Source: Candidatus Acidiferrales bacterium
GTDB lineage: Bacteria > Acidobacteriota > Terriglobia > Acidiferrales > UBA7541
Length of the DNA stretch: 64,000 nt
Assembly: GCA_035307965.1 (NCBI GenBank)
Contig: DATGHO010000038.1
Span: 9,904 to 73,903 of the forward strand
Direction of reading: 5' to 3'
Part shown: positions 37,133 through 49,200 of the stretch, one piece after another
How positions within the stretch are numbered: position 1 is the stretch's first letter
Layout of the letters: the number at the start of each line of letters is the position of its first letter
Program-made: the position numbers and the translations under genes
The notes under the pieces: generated by a model
What the model saw: only the letters and a program-made list of their open reading frames with translations
The model's database searches: none
What the model was told of the DNA's origin: nothing

Positions 37133-40100
37133 ATGAGTAAACGCACTGACATAAAGAAAATCATGATTATCGGGTCGGGGCCGATTGTCATTGGGCAGGC
37201 GTGCGAGTTCGACTACTCCGGCACGCAGGCGTGCAAGGCGCTGCGCGATGAGGGTTACGAAGTGGTGCTGGTGAATTCGAATCCTGCGACGATTATGACC
37301 GATCCGGAAGTCGCCGAGCGCACGTACATCGAGCCGCTGACGACCGGCTATCTCGAAATGATCATTGCGCGCGAACGGCCCGACGCGCTGCTTCCAACCG
37401 TGGGCGGGCAAACCGGATTGAATACTGCGGTGGAATTGGCGGAGAGCGGCATCCTGGGAAAATACGGTGTGAAGCTGATTGGCGCTTCGTTGCGCGCCAT
37501 CAAAGTGGCCGAGGACCGCTTGCAATTTAAAGACGCGTGTCAGCGCGTGGGGCTGGAAGTGCCGGCGTCGGCGGTCGTGAGTGACATCGCGAAAGCGGTG
37601 AAGCTGGCGGACGATCTGGGATATCCGGTGGTGATACGGCCATCGTTCACGCTGGGCGGGACGGGCGGGTCGATCGCGTATAACCGCGAGGAATTCACCG
37701 ACGCGATTGCGCGGGCGCTCGATGCGAGTCCGGTGCACGAGGCGCTGATTGAAGAGTCCGTGCTGGGCTGGAAAGAATTCGAGCTGGAAGTGATGCGCGA
37801 CCATCGCGACAACTTCGTGGTGATTTGCTCGATTGAAAATTTCGACCCCATGGGAATTCACACTGGCGATTCGATTACTGTAGCGCCGGCGCAGACGCTG
37901 ACAGACAAAGAATATCAACGCATGCGCGACGCAGCGGCTGCGGTGATTCGCGAAGTGGGCGTCGAGACGGGCGGGTCGAATATTCAGTTCGCGATTGACC
38001 CGCAAACGGGGCGCATGGTGGTGATCGAGATGAATCCGCGCGTCTCGCGCAGCTCAGCGCTGGCCAGCAAGGCGACAGGCTTTCCCATCGCAAAAATTGC
38101 CGCAAAACTGGCGGTGGGTATGACGCTCGATGAAATTCCGAACGACATCACCAAGAAAACGCCGTCGTGTTTCGAGCCTACGATTGATTATGTGGTGGCG
38201 AAAATTCCCAAATGGCAATTCGAGAAATTCCCCGGCTCGGACACCACGCTGACCACGCAGATGAAATCCGTAGGCGAAGTGATGGCCATTGGCCGGACAT
38301 TTTCGGAGGCGCTGGGGAAGGGCATTCGTTCGCTGGAGCCGCATGCGCCGTGGCGCGCGCCGGCGGAAATTGTGGATGCGGTGTTGCACGAAAAATTGCA
38401 CACGCCCGGGCCGGATCGCATTCACTGGCTGTTGACGGCGTTGCGGCGCGGAATGAAAGTCGAAGAGATAAACGCGCTGACGAAAATCGACCCATGGTTT
38501 TTGCGGCAGATGGAAGACGCCGTCGCCGTGGAAAAAGAAATTGCCGCGACGAACGTGAATTCCGTTTCGAGCGAGCTGCTGAAAAAAGCAAAGCGAAATG
38601 GCGTAAGTGACGAGCAACTGGCCCAGCTTTGGCGAACGTCACCGGAGCAAGTGCGCGCAACGCGGGAAAAGCGCGGTATTCGGCCAGTATTCAAGCGCGT
38701 GGACACGTGCGCGGCGGAATTCGAATCGTTCACGCCGTACATGTATTCGACCTACGAAGAAGAGGATGAAGCGGACACTAGCGCGCGGCGGAAAATCGTG
38801 ATTCTGGGGAGCGGACCAAACCGCATCGGGCAAGGAATTGAGTTCGATTATTGCTGCTGCCACGCAGCGTTTGCGCTGAAGGACGACGGCTACGAAACGG
38901 TGATGGTGAATTGCAATCCGGAGACAGTTTCGACGGATTACGACACGTCCGACCGGCTGTATTTTGAGCCGCTGACGCTCGAAGACGTGCTTTCGGTGAT
39001 CGACCGCGAAAAACCGGAAGGCGTGATCGTGCAATTCGGCGGGCAGACGCCGCTCAATCTAGCGCTGGACTTGAAGCGCAACGGAGCGCCCATTATCGGC
39101 ACCGCGCCGGAGTCGATTGATCTGGCGGAGGACCGCAAGCGGTTCGGCAAACTGCTCGAGGAACTGAAAATTCCGCAGCCCCGCAACGGAACGGCGCTGA
39201 GCCCCGCCGAGGCAGTTAGCGTCGCGAAGGAAATTGGTTTGCCGGTGCTGGTGCGGCCCAGCTACGTGCTGGGCGGGCGCGCCATGGTGATTGCGTTCGA
39301 TTTGAAAACAGTCGAGGAGTGCGCCGCGCAAGCCGTGCGGCTGGGCAGCGGTTCGAGCGCGGAGCGGCCGATTCTTGTGGATCAATTCTTGGAAGAAGCC
39401 ACGGAAGTTGATGTCGACGCGCTGGCGGATGGCAGCGACGTGGTCATCGCGGGAATCATGGAGCACATCGAAGAGGCGGGAATTCATTCGGGAGATTCTT
39501 CCTGCGTGCTGCCTTCCGTGACGCTCAAGCCCGAGGTACTGGGGCGCATTCGCGAATATACGGCCAAGCTGGCGAAGGCGTTGCGCGTGGTGGGCCTGAT
39601 GAACGTGCAATATGCGATTCAGCGCGACACGGTTTACGTGTTGGAAGTGAATCCGCGCGCGTCGCGCACTGTGCCGTACGTGTCGAAAGCTACCGGTGTG
39701 CCGCTGGCGAAAGTGGCGGCGCGTTTGATGACCGGAAAGAAATTGCGCGACATAAAGCTGGCGGTGAATGATTTTGACGGGGTCCCGGAACTGCGCAGCA
39801 AGAATTATTATTGCGTGAAGTCGCCGGTATTTCCGTTCAGCAAATTCCGCGGAGTGGACACCATTTTGGGGCCGGAGATGCGTTCGACGGGCGAAGTGAT
39901 GGGCGTGTCGCCGAATTTCGGGCTGGCGTTCGCGAAGGCGCAACTCGCCGCGGGTCAAAAATTGCCGCTGCAAGGAACAGTGTTCATCAGCGTGAACGAT
40001 CACGACAAAAGATTTTTGCCGGCCTTGGCGAAGGATTTGACGGCGGCAGGTTTGAATTTGATTGCCACACGCGGCACGGCTGCGGCGCTGCGCTCGCTGG

Positions 40101-40420
40101 GCATCGAGGCTGGATCGGTGTACAAGGTGAATGAAGGACGGCCCAACATCGTTGATCTGGTGAAGACCGGGAAGGTCAACTTGATTATCAACACGCCGCT
40201 GGGGCGCGAATCGTTCTATGACGAGAAATCCATACGGCGCGCGGCGGTGCGATACATGATGCCGTGCATCACCACGATTTCGGCGGCGGTGGCCGCGGCG
40301 CGCGGGATTCGCGCCATGTCTGAGGGCACGGGAAATGTGGCCGCGCTGCAGGATTTGCATGCGATGGAAGCAAACGCGAATGCGCCGGCGCCGACGCAGC
40401 GCGTGACTTCGGCAAGCTAG
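37133..40420 (+). CDS. carB: Carbamoyl-phosphate synthase large subunit
   Basis: The protein is 1095 aa with duplicated ATP-grasp halves and an MGS-like C-terminus. The N-terminus [30 protein letters not shown] is typical. Confidence 0.97.
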   Translation: MSKRTDIKKIMIIGSGPIVIGQACEFDYSGTQACKALRDEGYEVVLVNSNPATIMTDPEVAERTYIEPLTTGYLEMIIARERPDALLPTVGGQTGLNTAVELAESGILGKYGVKLIGASLRAIKVAEDRLQFKDACQRVGLEVPASAVVSDIAKAVKLADDLGYPVVIRPSFTLGGTGGSIAYNREEFTDAIARALDASPVHEALIEESVLGWKEFELEVMRDHRDNFVVICSIENFDPMGIHTGDSITVAPAQTLTDKEYQRMRDAAAAVIREVGVETGGSNIQFAIDPQTGRMVVIEMNPRVSRSSALASKATGFPIAKIAAKLAVGMTLDEIPNDITKKTPSCFEPTIDYVVAKIPKWQFEKFPGSDTTLTTQMKSVGEVMAIGRTFSEALGKGIRSLEPHAPWRAPAEIVDAVLHEKLHTPGPDRIHWLLTALRRGMKVEEINALTKIDPWFLRQMEDAVAVEKEIAATNVNSVSSELLKKAKRNGVSDEQLAQLWRTSPEQVRATREKRGIRPVFKRVDTCAAEFESFTPYMYSTYEEEDEADTSARRKIVILGSGPNRIGQGIEFDYCCCHAAFALKDDGYETVMVNCNPETVSTDYDTSDRLYFEPLTLEDVLSVIDREKPEGVIVQFGGQTPLNLALDLKRNGAPIIGTAPESIDLAEDRKRFGKLLEELKIPQPRNGTALSPAEAVSVAKEIGLPVLVRPSYVLGGRAMVIAFDLKTVEECAAQAVRLGSGSSAERPILVDQFLEEATEVDVDALADGSDVVIAGIMEHIEEAGIHSGDSSCVLPSVTLKPEVLGRIREYTAKLAKALRVVGLMNVQYAIQRDTVYVLEVNPRASRTVPYVSKATGVPLAKVAARLMTGKKLRDIKLAVNDFDGVPELRSKNYYCVKSPVFPFSKFRGVDTILGPEMRSTGEVMGVSPNFGLAFAKAQLAAGQKLPLQGTVFISVNDHDKRFLPALAKDLTAAGLNLIATRGTAAALRSLGIEAGSVYKVNEGRPNIVDLVKTGKVNLIINTPLGRESFYDEKSIRRAAVRYMMPCITTISAAVAAARGIRAMSEGTGNVAALQDLHAMEANANAPAPTQRVTSAS

Positions 40421-40538
40421 TTATTGCAAGCGCATAAATAGACGATGAATTTTCGGAGAAACCGCCTGCCACGATTTCCGCTCGAGATTCGCTGAACTGC
40501 TATCGCACTCATAGATTATCTTCTGCTAGAATCTCCTC

Positions 40539-41450
40539 ATGAAACTTCGGGGCATCTTTCCTCCGGTAACCACGCCCTTTAAGGCTGACGGCGAAATTGA
40601 TCTGCCGCGCTTGCGGGAAAACATTCGGCGCTACGACCAGACACACGTCGCGGGCTACGTGATGAATGGCTCGACCAGCGAGTCTGTGCTGCTGGGGTGG
40701 GATGAAGTCGAACGGCTATGGGCCACCGCGCGCGAAGCGGCGGCGCCGAACAAAGTGATGATTGCCGGAACCGGCGCGGAAGCCACGGCGGAGACGATTC
40801 GGCACACCAAGCGCGCTGCAGCCCTGGGATTTCAAGCGGCGCTGGTGAGGACGCCGAGCTATTACAAGCCGGCGATGACCTTTGAGGCGGAAGCGGCGCA
40901 TTTTTTTCGCGTGGCGGACGCCTCTCCGATTCCGGTGCTGATTTATTCCGTCCCGGTTTTTACGGGCTACACGGTGGAAGCTCCGCTGGTGGCGAAGCTC
41001 GCGACGCATCCGAATATTGTAGGCATCAAGGACAGTTCCGGAAATGTGCAGCGGATGAAAGACATCGTCGCAGCCGCGCCAAAGGGTTTTAATGCGCTCA
41101 GCGGTTCGGGCCTGACCATGGCCGAGGCAATTGAGGTTGGCGCCGTCGGCGGAATTCTGGCCATTTCCTGCATGATTGCCGAGGCCTGCGTGGATTTGTA
41201 TGAAGCGGCGCGCCGAGGCGAAAAAGAGCATATCGAGCAGATCAAGAAACAATTTATTAACCCCGCTGGAGCGCTGGTCACACGGTTCGGAATCGCGGGG
41301 ATTAAGTTTGCCATGGACCGCCTGGGATATTATGGCGGAGCGCCTCGCGCGCCGCTGCTGCCAGTCAGTGAATCGGCAAAGCTGGAGATCGAGCCCCTCG
41401 TAGCGGCGCTCAGTCCCTCAGTTGCTGCAAGCACGCCGGCCATTCGTTAG
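40539..41450 (+). CDS. Dihydrodipicolinate synthase family class I aldolase (DapA-like; exact substrate unclear)
   Basis: The N-terminus reads GIFPPVTTPF. The Schiff-base Lys context is IVGIKDSSGN. The sequence has GSTSE rather than the canonical GTTGE. Confidence 0.75.
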   Translation: MKLRGIFPPVTTPFKADGEIDLPRLRENIRRYDQTHVAGYVMNGSTSESVLLGWDEVERLWATAREAAAPNKVMIAGTGAEATAETIRHTKRAAALGFQAALVRTPSYYKPAMTFEAEAAHFFRVADASPIPVLIYSVPVFTGYTVEAPLVAKLATHPNIVGIKDSSGNVQRMKDIVAAAPKGFNALSGSGLTMAEAIEVGAVGGILAISCMIAEACVDLYEAARRGEKEHIEQIKKQFINPAGALVTRFGIAGIKFAMDRLGYYGGAPRAPLLPVSESAKLEIEPLVAALSPSVAASTPAIR

Positions 41451-41549
41451 CCTAATTCCTGCGCTGCAACATTTGCCATTTCGCATCTGTTGATTATTCG
41501 CGCGCGCGGGTTGCTGCGACCGAATGCCGCGTGTATCATCACATCCTCC

Positions 41550-43160
41550 ATGGAGTACGACTGTCTCCGCTTCTCTGACATTCCGCACACTTCGAAGCTA
41601 TTCGCTTCATTCGTTGAAGATTTTTCAAAGGTAGAAAAGTTTTACGCGCATCCGCCCGGCGAGGCGGGAGTCCGTGAAGCGGCCGGCAAAATAACTCTGG
41701 ACGCTTCCGTGCGTAGCGCCGTTGCGGAGATTCTGCGCGAACAGAACAGTCGCTTAGGCTCGGGCGCGGAAACCGAGCGGAATATCGAGCGGCTCCGCAA
41801 TGGTGCGGCGGCGATTGTCAGCGGCCAGCAAGTGAGTTTATTCGGCGGGCCGGCGTACAGCTTTTACAAAGCGCTCGACGCGATCGAGTGGGCAAAAAAG
41901 CTTACGCAGGTGGGCACGGACGCGGTGCCGATTTTTTGGATGGCGACCGAGGATCACGACCTCGCGGAAGCGAACCAGGCTTTTTTCAACGAGCGATATG
42001 GAATGGCGCAGCTTGCGGTGCCGCTTGACGAAGCCGTTGCGGGAAGGAGCGTGGGGCGAATTTCGCTGGGAAGCGCGGTTCAGGCGGTCGTTGAACATGC
42101 GGCCGCCCTTCTGCAAGGGCCCGCAGCGAAGGAGATTCGCGACGCGCTCTCCGAATCGTATCGCGCCGAGGAAACATTTGGTTCGGCATTCGGGAAATTC
42201 ATGGCGCGAGTGCTGCAGGGGCGAGGATTGATTTTGCTGGATCCATTGGACAAGCGTTTGCACGAATTGGCGCGCCCTGTCTATCAAAAGGCGATTGAAG
42301 ATTCGAAGGCTATTACCGATGAACTGCTGGCGCGCGGAAAAGAGCTGGGGCGGCATGGTTTTCATGCGCAAGTGAAGGTCACCCAGCAATCCACGCTTCT
42401 TTTTTTGGACGTCGACGGCAAGCGCGACGCAGTGCGCAGGAAAAACGGCGGCTTCATCGCGGGAAATTTGCGGCTCACCGCAGCAGACTTGCTGAAAAAA
42501 GTTGAAAACGAGCCGGAAGCGCTCAGCGCCAGCGTTTTGCTGCGCCCTGTGTTGCAGGATTCGATTTTGCCGACGGCGGCATACATTGGCGGGCCCGCGG
42601 AAGTGGCCTACATGGCGCAGGCGCAAACCGTCTACCAGCGAATTCTCGGACGCATGCCTGCCATTTTGCCGCGCGCGAGCTTTACGCTGATCGAGCCGTC
42701 GGTGGCGCGCGGGTTGAAAAAATATCACCTGGATATTAGCGGCGTTTTCGGCGGCCGGCAACAATTGCGGCGAAAAATGGAGATGCAATACCTTCCGCGC
42801 GGATTGGCGGCGCGTTTTGCGCGTGATGAAAAAACGTTGCGAACAATGTTGAGCAGTTACGGGAAGCCGCTGCAAATTCTCGATAAAAGCCTCGTGGGCG
42901 CGCGCGATACGGCAGAGAAAAAGATGCTGTATCAATTCGAGAAGCTCCGCGGCAAAGCGGGGCGTTCGGAAAATCAGCGCACGGGAGTGCTGGACCGGCA
43001 CGAGTCGGAAATTCGCAGCTCACTTTATCCGCGTCACGGCTTGCAGGAGCGCACGCTCAGCCTGCTGCCGTTTTTGGCGCGTTATGGAATGGATTTGCTG
43101 GATCGGCTGCAATCGGCAACCGATGCGCCGTGCAAAGAGCACCGCCTGATAACGCTATAA
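41550..43160 (+). CDS. bshC: Bacillithiol biosynthesis cysteine-adding enzyme BshC
   Basis: The protein is about 536 aa. The N-terminus MEYDCLRFSDIPHTSKLFASFVEDF...FY is BshC-like, and the motifs IVSGQQV.LFGGP and WMATEDHD are present. Confidence 0.75.
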   Translation: MEYDCLRFSDIPHTSKLFASFVEDFSKVEKFYAHPPGEAGVREAAGKITLDASVRSAVAEILREQNSRLGSGAETERNIERLRNGAAAIVSGQQVSLFGGPAYSFYKALDAIEWAKKLTQVGTDAVPIFWMATEDHDLAEANQAFFNERYGMAQLAVPLDEAVAGRSVGRISLGSAVQAVVEHAAALLQGPAAKEIRDALSESYRAEETFGSAFGKFMARVLQGRGLILLDPLDKRLHELARPVYQKAIEDSKAITDELLARGKELGRHGFHAQVKVTQQSTLLFLDVDGKRDAVRRKNGGFIAGNLRLTAADLLKKVENEPEALSASVLLRPVLQDSILPTAAYIGGPAEVAYMAQAQTVYQRILGRMPAILPRASFTLIEPSVARGLKKYHLDISGVFGGRQQLRRKMEMQYLPRGLAARFARDEKTLRTMLSSYGKPLQILDKSLVGARDTAEKKMLYQFEKLRGKAGRSENQRTGVLDRHESEIRSSLYPRHGLQERTLSLLPFLARYGMDLLDRLQSATDAPCKEHRLITL

Positions 43161-43262
43161 TCGCTCATACTTATGCGAAGGGCGCCCGCCGCGTGCTAAA
43201 ATTGCGCCTTTGCTGCTGCGCTGCACCAGCGGAACAGAACGTCACGCGCGAAGGAATATTCT

Positions 43263-44279
43263 ATGAAGCTTACGCCGGGAAAACTTAAAGGGCTCGAAAA
43301 AGTTTCGACTTCCGCAGGCATTATTGCGGCTGCGGCGATGGACCAGCGCGGCTCGTTGCGAAAAGCGATTGCCAAAGACAAGGGCATTGATCCGCACGCG
43401 GTGACCCCGGAGATGATGTCGGAGTTCAAGCAAGCCGTGGTGCGCGTGCTTACGCCGCATGCCAGCGCGATTTTGCTGGACCCGGAATATGGTTTGCAGC
43501 CTTCGCGGTGGCGCGCGGCGAATGCTGGATTGCTGCTGGCGTACGAAAATAGCGGCTACGACAACACCCGTCCCGGGCGACTACCCGATTTGCTGGAAAA
43601 TTGGTCAGTGCGCCGGTTGAAGCAGGCGGGCGCGGACTGCGTGAAAATTCTGCTGTATTACACGCCCTTTGATCCCGCGGCAATTAACGACATCAAGCAC
43701 GCCTGGGTGGAGCGCATCGGCGCGGAATGCGCTGGCGAAGACTTGCCGCTGTTTGCGGAATTTGTGGGCTACGACGAAGGGATGGATGAGAAGGGGATTG
43801 ATTACGCGCGAAAGAAGCCAGAAGTTGTCACGCGCAGCATGGAGGAATTTTCCAAGCCGCAGTACGGCATCGACGTCTTGAAGGTCGAAGTGCCGGTAAA
43901 TATGGCGTTCGTGGCCGGAGCGCGCTCGTGCAAAGGCGAATCGGCGTATACAAAAGACCAGGCGAAAGATCATTTCCGGCGTGCGGCGGCAGCGGCGAAG
44001 AAGCCTTTCATTTATTTGTCCGCAGGCGTGAGCAACGACACGTTTATAGAAACGCTGGAGCTGGCCGGCGAAGCAAAAGTGAATTTCTCCGGCGTGCTGT
44101 GCGGGCGCGCGACGTGGAAAGATGGCGTGCCGGTGTATGCGAAGCAGGGGCTAAGCGCGTTTCAGGATTGGCTGGCGAATCAAGGCGTGAAGAACATTGA
44201 AAACGTGAATCGCGGCTTGCGCGCGGCTAAGCCGTGGTTCGGCTTCTACGGCGCGGCTGCCGCTTCTGATCTCGCGTGA
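43263..44279 (+). CDS. Tagatose-1,6-bisphosphate aldolase family (class I, LacD-like)
   Basis: The segments [18 protein letters not shown] and ...DVLKVEVP... are typical of LacD-type aldolases. Confidence 0.7.
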   Translation: MKLTPGKLKGLEKVSTSAGIIAAAAMDQRGSLRKAIAKDKGIDPHAVTPEMMSEFKQAVVRVLTPHASAILLDPEYGLQPSRWRAANAGLLLAYENSGYDNTRPGRLPDLLENWSVRRLKQAGADCVKILLYYTPFDPAAINDIKHAWVERIGAECAGEDLPLFAEFVGYDEGMDEKGIDYARKKPEVVTRSMEEFSKPQYGIDVLKVEVPVNMAFVAGARSCKGESAYTKDQAKDHFRRAAAAAKKPFIYLSAGVSNDTFIETLELAGEAKVNFSGVLCGRATWKDGVPVYAKQGLSAFQDWLANQGVKNIENVNRGLRAAKPWFGFYGAAAASDLA

Positions 44280-44289
44280 GCGGCCTAGA

Positions 44290-44724
44290 ATGAAAGAGGG
44301 CGCACGCGAATCACGCAGGCTGGTCCGCGTCATCGAAGTGCAAACGGCCCAGCACACGCAAATGAAAAACATCACCGCAGAAGTCGAAAAAGCGGTAGCC
44401 GCGTCGGAATGCCGCAGCGGGATTTGTTGCGTTTACGTCCCGCACACGACCGCGGGCGTGATAATCAACGAAGGCGATGATCCCGACGTGATGCGCGATA
44501 TCGAAGCGACATTCGACAAATTGGTGCCGCACTCCGGCGCGTATCGCCATGCCGAAGGAAATGCTGATTCGCACATCAAGACGGCGCTCACAGGAAATTC
44601 GGTGACCGTATTCATCGAAAATGGGCGCTTGGCGCTGGGCCGATGGCAGGCGATTTTCTTCTGCGAATTCGACGGGCCGCGTCGGCGCGAGGCCCGCGTG
44701 AAAATTATTCCGGATGCTATATGA
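44290..44724 (+). CDS. yjbQ: YjbQ/UPF0047 family (secondary thiamine-phosphate synthase) protein
   Basis: The motifs [21 protein letters not shown] and NADSHIK are present. Confidence 0.85.
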   Translation: MKEGARESRRLVRVIEVQTAQHTQMKNITAEVEKAVAASECRSGICCVYVPHTTAGVIINEGDDPDVMRDIEATFDKLVPHSGAYRHAEGNADSHIKTALTGNSVTVFIENGRLALGRWQAIFFCEFDGPRRREARVKIIPDAI

Positions 44725-45884
44725 ACGCTGCTGAGCACACACGAAGCGCAAACGCAAAGGTCGGAATTTACGTGCAGGTGCCGTTCTGCCAAGCGAAGTG
44801 CACGTATTGCAACTTCCATACGGGCGTGTTTTCGCGGAGCCTTTATTCGCCATATGTCGATGCGGTCTGCTGTGAAATTCGCGGCTCGCGCGCGCTGCCG
44901 AATGCGATGGCCGATACGGTTTACATTGGTGGTGGAACGCCAAGCCTGCTGAATCCTGCGGACGTGGCGCGCATTTTGGCGGCGATCCGCGATGTTTACG
45001 GAGCCGCGTGGGAAGAAGTCACGCTGGAGGCGGATCCCGAAACAATTACGCCGCAGAACGCGCAAGTGTGGCGAAATGCGGGAGTGAATCGCATCAGCAT
45101 GGGCGTGCAGTCGTTTTGCGATGAAGAATTGCGCGCCGCCGGAAGAATGCATCGCCGGGACGATGTTTATCGCGCTGTCGCGACGCTTCGCAGCGCGGGA
45201 TTCAACAATCTCAGCATGGATTTGATCGCCGGGCTGCCCTATCAGACGCCCCAAAGTTGGCGATCGTCGCTTGCGGAGTTGATGCACATCGCGCCACAGC
45301 ATGTTTCAATTTATTTGCTGGAAGTGGACGAAGGCAGCCGTCTCGGAAAGGAAATTTTGCGCGGCGGCGCGAAATATAGCGCGGCGAAGGTGCCAAGCGA
45401 TGACGAAATGGCGGATTTCTACGAGGAGGCTTGCGACGCGTTACGCGGCGCAGGCTACGAACATTACGAGATCTCCAACTGGGCGCTGCCGGGTCGCGCG
45501 TCGAAACACAATCTGAAATACTGGCGTCGCGAGACATATTTGGGATTTGGCGCGGGGGCGCATTCGTTCGATGGCGTGAAGCGCTGGTCGAATTTGCACG
45601 ATCCCGCTGCGTACGCGAAGGCAATCGCGGAGGGGCGCTCAACCGTGGATTCCGAAGAGTTGGTCACTTCCGCGCAGGCGCTCGACGAGGAATTCTTTCT
45701 GGGGCTGCGCGAACTGGCAGGAATTGATTTGGCGCGCATTGGGCGCGAACACGTGGCCGAGCTGTCACCGCGCATCGCAAAATTGCTGGACGAGGGCTTA
45801 CTCGAACGCGAAGGCAATCGCATTCGGCTGAATCCGGCGAAACTGGCCATTTCGAACGAAGTTTTTGTGGAGCTGCTCGGCTAA
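44721..45884 (+). CDS. hemW: Radical SAM heme chaperone HemW (HemN-like, oxygen-independent coproporphyrinogen oxidase family)
   Basis: The motif is [17 protein letters not shown] (CxxxCxxC). An ATGA overlap joins it to the yjbQ stop. Confidence 0.85.
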   Translation: MNAAEHTRSANAKVGIYVQVPFCQAKCTYCNFHTGVFSRSLYSPYVDAVCCEIRGSRALPNAMADTVYIGGGTPSLLNPADVARILAAIRDVYGAAWEEVTLEADPETITPQNAQVWRNAGVNRISMGVQSFCDEELRAAGRMHRRDDVYRAVATLRSAGFNNLSMDLIAGLPYQTPQSWRSSLAELMHIAPQHVSIYLLEVDEGSRLGKEILRGGAKYSAAKVPSDDEMADFYEEACDALRGAGYEHYEISNWALPGRASKHNLKYWRRETYLGFGAGAHSFDGVKRWSNLHDPAAYAKAIAEGRSTVDSEELVTSAQALDEEFFLGLRELAGIDLARIGREHVAELSPRIAKLLDEGLLEREGNRIRLNPAKLAISNEVFVELLG

Positions 45885-45904
45885 CACAGCAGGCGAGAGG
45901 CAAA

Positions 45905-46990
45905 ATGTACGACGAAAAAAACTCGAATGGGCAAGGCGAGGCGACGGTGGATCTGCGCAGCGATACGGTGACGCGTCCCACGCCTGCCATGCGCCGCGCC
46001 ATGGCTGAGGCCGAAGTTGGCGACGATGTTTACGGCGAAGACCCCACCATCAATCGCCTGCAAGCACGCGCGGCGGAAATCTTCGGACGCGAGGCGGCGC
46101 TGTTTGTGCCGAGCGGCTCGATGGGAAATTTGATCGCCATCAAAACTTGGACGCGTTCGGGCTTGGAAGTGATTTGCGAGCAGCGCGCGCACGTCAATCA
46201 GTACGAACTGGCCTCCATGTCCGCGCTCGCGGGATGTTTTCCGCGTCCTGCCTTCGCGCAGGATGGAATTTTGACCTGGCCGCTCGTTGAGTCGCTCATT
46301 CGCGCAAAAAATCCAAACTATTCGCAGACCGGTTTGGTCACGCTGGAAAACACGCACAACATGGCGGGCGGTACGATTTATCCGCTGCCTGTTGCGGAAG
46401 AAATTTGCGACCGCTCGCACCAGGCGGGCCTGCCGGTGCATCTGGACGGCGCGCGGATTTTCAACGCTTCTGTTGCCACGGGAAAAACGGTGAACGAACT
46501 CACGCGAAAATTTGATTCGGTGATGTTCTGCCTGTCGAAAGGCCTGGGCGCGCCGGTGGGTTCGATGCTGGTTGGCTCGCGCGAATTCATCGAAAAAGCG
46601 CACGTCCATCGCAAAATGCTGGGCGGCGGGATGCGCCAGGCCGGCGTGCTCGCGGCAGCGGGACTGATCGCGCTCGAGGAAACGCCGAAAATTCTGCATC
46701 GCGACCATGAGAACGCCAAATATCTCGCGGAAGGGCTGGCGAAAATCCCCGGCGTTGCGGTCGATCCAAAGAAAGTTGTGACCAACATTGTGATTTTCGA
46801 CGTGCGCGAAACGGGCAAGACCGGCGCGGAGATTTCCGCCGAGTTGGGCAAGCGCAACGTGCTGGCCGGCGCCACCGATAAATTTCTGGTGCGCATGGTC
46901 ACGCATTACGATGTAGACCGCGCAAAAATTGATCGCGCGATCGCGGCGCTCAGTGAAATTTGCCGCGCCGCGGAGCGCACGCACGCTTGA
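45905..46990 (+). CDS. ltaE: Low-specificity L-threonine aldolase
   Basis: The motifs [11 protein letters not shown] and [10 protein letters not shown] are present. The PLP-Lys region is [12 protein letters not shown]. Confidence 0.85.
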   Translation: MYDEKNSNGQGEATVDLRSDTVTRPTPAMRRAMAEAEVGDDVYGEDPTINRLQARAAEIFGREAALFVPSGSMGNLIAIKTWTRSGLEVICEQRAHVNQYELASMSALAGCFPRPAFAQDGILTWPLVESLIRAKNPNYSQTGLVTLENTHNMAGGTIYPLPVAEEICDRSHQAGLPVHLDGARIFNASVATGKTVNELTRKFDSVMFCLSKGLGAPVGSMLVGSREFIEKAHVHRKMLGGGMRQAGVLAAAGLIALEETPKILHRDHENAKYLAEGLAKIPGVAVDPKKVVTNIVIFDVRETGKTGAEISAELGKRNVLAGATDKFLVRMVTHYDVDRAKIDRAIAALSEICRAAERTHA

Positions 46991-47022
46991 GACATAAATC
47001 GAGTTTTTTATTGTGAGGTGAT

Positions 47023-48189
47023 GTGGATCTCTCGCTGACAGACGAGCAGCAGCACCTTCGGCGAACGGTGCGGGAATTTGCCGAAGGCGAAATCGCTCCG
47101 CACGTGATGGAGTGGGATGAGGCTTCCAAATTTCCGCAGGAAATCATTCCGCAGCTTGGGGAACTCGGGCTACTTGGCGTTATCTTTCCTGAAAAATACG
47201 GCGGCGCGGGGCTGGGATACCTGGAATACTCGATTGTGATTGAAGAATTGTCGCGCGTGGACGGTTCCGTGGGCCTGATTGTCGCGGCCCATAATTCGCT
47301 GTGCTCGAACCACATTTACAAATTTGGGACGGAGGCGCAGAAGCAGAAGTATCTGACGCCGCTCGCGCAGGGGAAAAAACTTGGCTGCTGGTCGCTGACT
47401 GAGCCGGGCGCGGGCTCCGACGCGGGTGGAACGCGCACAGTCGCTGTGAAAGACGGCGGCGGGTGGGTGCTGAACGGCGCGAAGACTTTCACCACCAATG
47501 GCCACTATGCGGACGTGTGCGTGGGAATGGCGGTCACCGACGCGGCGAAAAAGCAGCACGGCATTTCGGCGTTCATCATTGAAAAGGGAACGCCGGGATT
47601 TCGGCCCGGGAAGAAAGAAAACAAGCTGGGAATGCGCGCGAGCGATACTTCGGAGGTGATTTTCAGCGATTGCCGTGTGCCCGCCGAAAATCTTCTTGGC
47701 GCGGAGGGCGAAGGATTCATCAACAGCCTGCAAGTGCTCGACGGCGGAAGAATTTCCATTGCGTCGCTGGCGCTGGGCATGGCGCAGGGGGCGTATGAAG
47801 CCGCCGTGAAATACGCGAAGCAACGAAAGCAGTTCGGCAGAGAGATCAGCGAATTTCAGGCCATTCAATTCAAGCTCGCGGACATGGCTACGGAAATTGA
47901 AGCGGCGCGGCTGCTCGTCTGGGAAGCGGCGTACCTGGCGGATCGTCCGTTGCGCGATGGCGGGAGTGGCGTGCGCTTTACGCGCGAAGCGAGCATGGCG
48001 AAACTTTTCGCTTCGGAAACGGCGGTGCGCGTCGCCGACCAGGCCGTGCAGATTTTTGGCGGCTACGGCTTCGTGAAGGATTATCCCGCGGAAAAATATT
48101 ATCGCGACGTGAAACTGTGCACCATCGGCGAAGGAACCAGCGAAATTCAGCGCCTGGTGATTGCGCGTCAGCTTTTGGGAAAAGGTTAG
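47023..48189 (+). CDS. Acyl-CoA dehydrogenase (short/branched-chain type)
   Basis: The gene has a GTG start. The motifs [13 protein letters not shown] and [18 protein letters not shown] are present. The catalytic Glu lies in [11 protein letters not shown]. Confidence 0.9.
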   Translation: MDLSLTDEQQHLRRTVREFAEGEIAPHVMEWDEASKFPQEIIPQLGELGLLGVIFPEKYGGAGLGYLEYSIVIEELSRVDGSVGLIVAAHNSLCSNHIYKFGTEAQKQKYLTPLAQGKKLGCWSLTEPGAGSDAGGTRTVAVKDGGGWVLNGAKTFTTNGHYADVCVGMAVTDAAKKQHGISAFIIEKGTPGFRPGKKENKLGMRASDTSEVIFSDCRVPAENLLGAEGEGFINSLQVLDGGRISIASLALGMAQGAYEAAVKYAKQRKQFGREISEFQAIQFKLADMATEIEAARLLVWEAAYLADRPLRDGGSGVRFTREASMAKLFASETAVRVADQAVQIFGGYGFVKDYPAEKYYRDVKLCTIGEGTSEIQRLVIARQLLGKG

Positions 48190-48198
48190 CCGCACGCG

Positions 48199-49200
48199 AT
48201 GCCGGTTTCGTCATCACCTCCCGCTACAGTTTTGACACCCGAAACGATTGAGCAGTGGGCGGAACAGGTGCGCGCAGGAGACGTTCGCGCCATTTCCCGC
48301 GCCATGACGGAAATCGAAAACCGTTCGCCGAACGCCAAACATCTGCTGCAAAAACTTTTCCCGCATACCGGAAAATCGTATTGCATCGGCGTCACCGGCG
48401 CTCCGGGAACGGGGAAAAGCACGCTGGTTGACCGCATGGCCGCTTATTATCGCGCGCAAAAGCAAACGGTCGGCGTGATTGCCGTTGATCCGTCGAGCCC
48501 GTTCACCGGCGGCGCGATTTTGGGCGACCGCATTCGCATGCAAGGGCACGCGTCGGATAGCGGCGTATTCATTCGCTCCATGGCCACGCGCGGCTCGCTC
48601 GGTGGATTGTCGCAGGCGGCGAGTGACGCTGCGTTGTTGCTCGATGCCGCGGGCAAAAAGTACGTTTTGATTGAAACCGTCGGCGTTGGCCAGGGCGAAG
48701 TGGAAATTGCGCGCCTCGCCGATTGCACGCTGGTGGTTCTGGTGCCGGGAATGGGCGACGATGTGCAGAATCTGAAAGCTGGAGTGATGGAAATCGCGGA
48801 TGTTTTCGTGCTGAATAAAGCGGATCGCGAGGGCGCGGACCGTTTCGAGCAGCAATTGCGCGCAATTTTGCAGCTTGTTCCAGAACGTGATGGATGGAAG
48901 CCGCCCATTGTGCTGACGGTTGCCACGGACAATAAAGGAATCGAGGAACTGGCGCGGCAGATCGAGCGATTTCGCGCGCATTTTGCGGAGCGCCGCGGCG
49001 GAAACGCAAGAGAAAATGCCTTATGGAAGGAGCGCATCATCAATTTGCTCAGGGAGCAACTGACGCAGAGGGTTGTGGATAGCGTGGTTAGAGACGGAAG
49101 CCTGGAGCGTTTTGCGGAGGAAGTCACGAGCCGCCATCGCGATCCATATTCCGTGGTTACGGAAATTATGAAAAAAACTGGCTCGGAGGTTTCTCATTGA
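48199..49200 (+). CDS. meaB: Methylmalonyl-CoA mutase-associated G3E GTPase MeaB/ArgK
   Basis: The P-loop is GVTGAPGTGKST. The motifs ETVGVGQ and NKADR are present. Confidence 0.9.
   Translation: MPVSSSPPATVLTPETIEQWAEQVRAGDVRAISRAMTEIENRSPNAKHLLQKLFPHTGKSYCIGVTGAPGTGKSTLVDRMAAYYRAQKQTVGVIAVDPSSPFTGGAILGDRIRMQGHASDSGVFIRSMATRGSLGGLSQAASDAALLLDAAGKKYVLIETVGVGQGEVEIARLADCTLVVLVPGMGDDVQNLKAGVMEIADVFVLNKADREGADRFEQQLRAILQLVPERDGWKPPIVLTVATDNKGIEELARQIERFRAHFAERRGGNARENALWKERIINLLREQLTQRVVDSVVRDGSLERFAEEVTSRHRDPYSVVTEIMKKTGSEVSH

Noticed and set aside
36170-40360. The 611-aa ORF (36170..38005) and the 433-aa ORF (39059..40360) on the minus strand.
   Set aside because: Both lie antisense to carA/carB, have Arg/His-rich low-complexity composition and carry no motifs.
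41838-43001. A 387-aa minus-strand ORF.
   Set aside because: It is a shadow ORF antisense to bshC.
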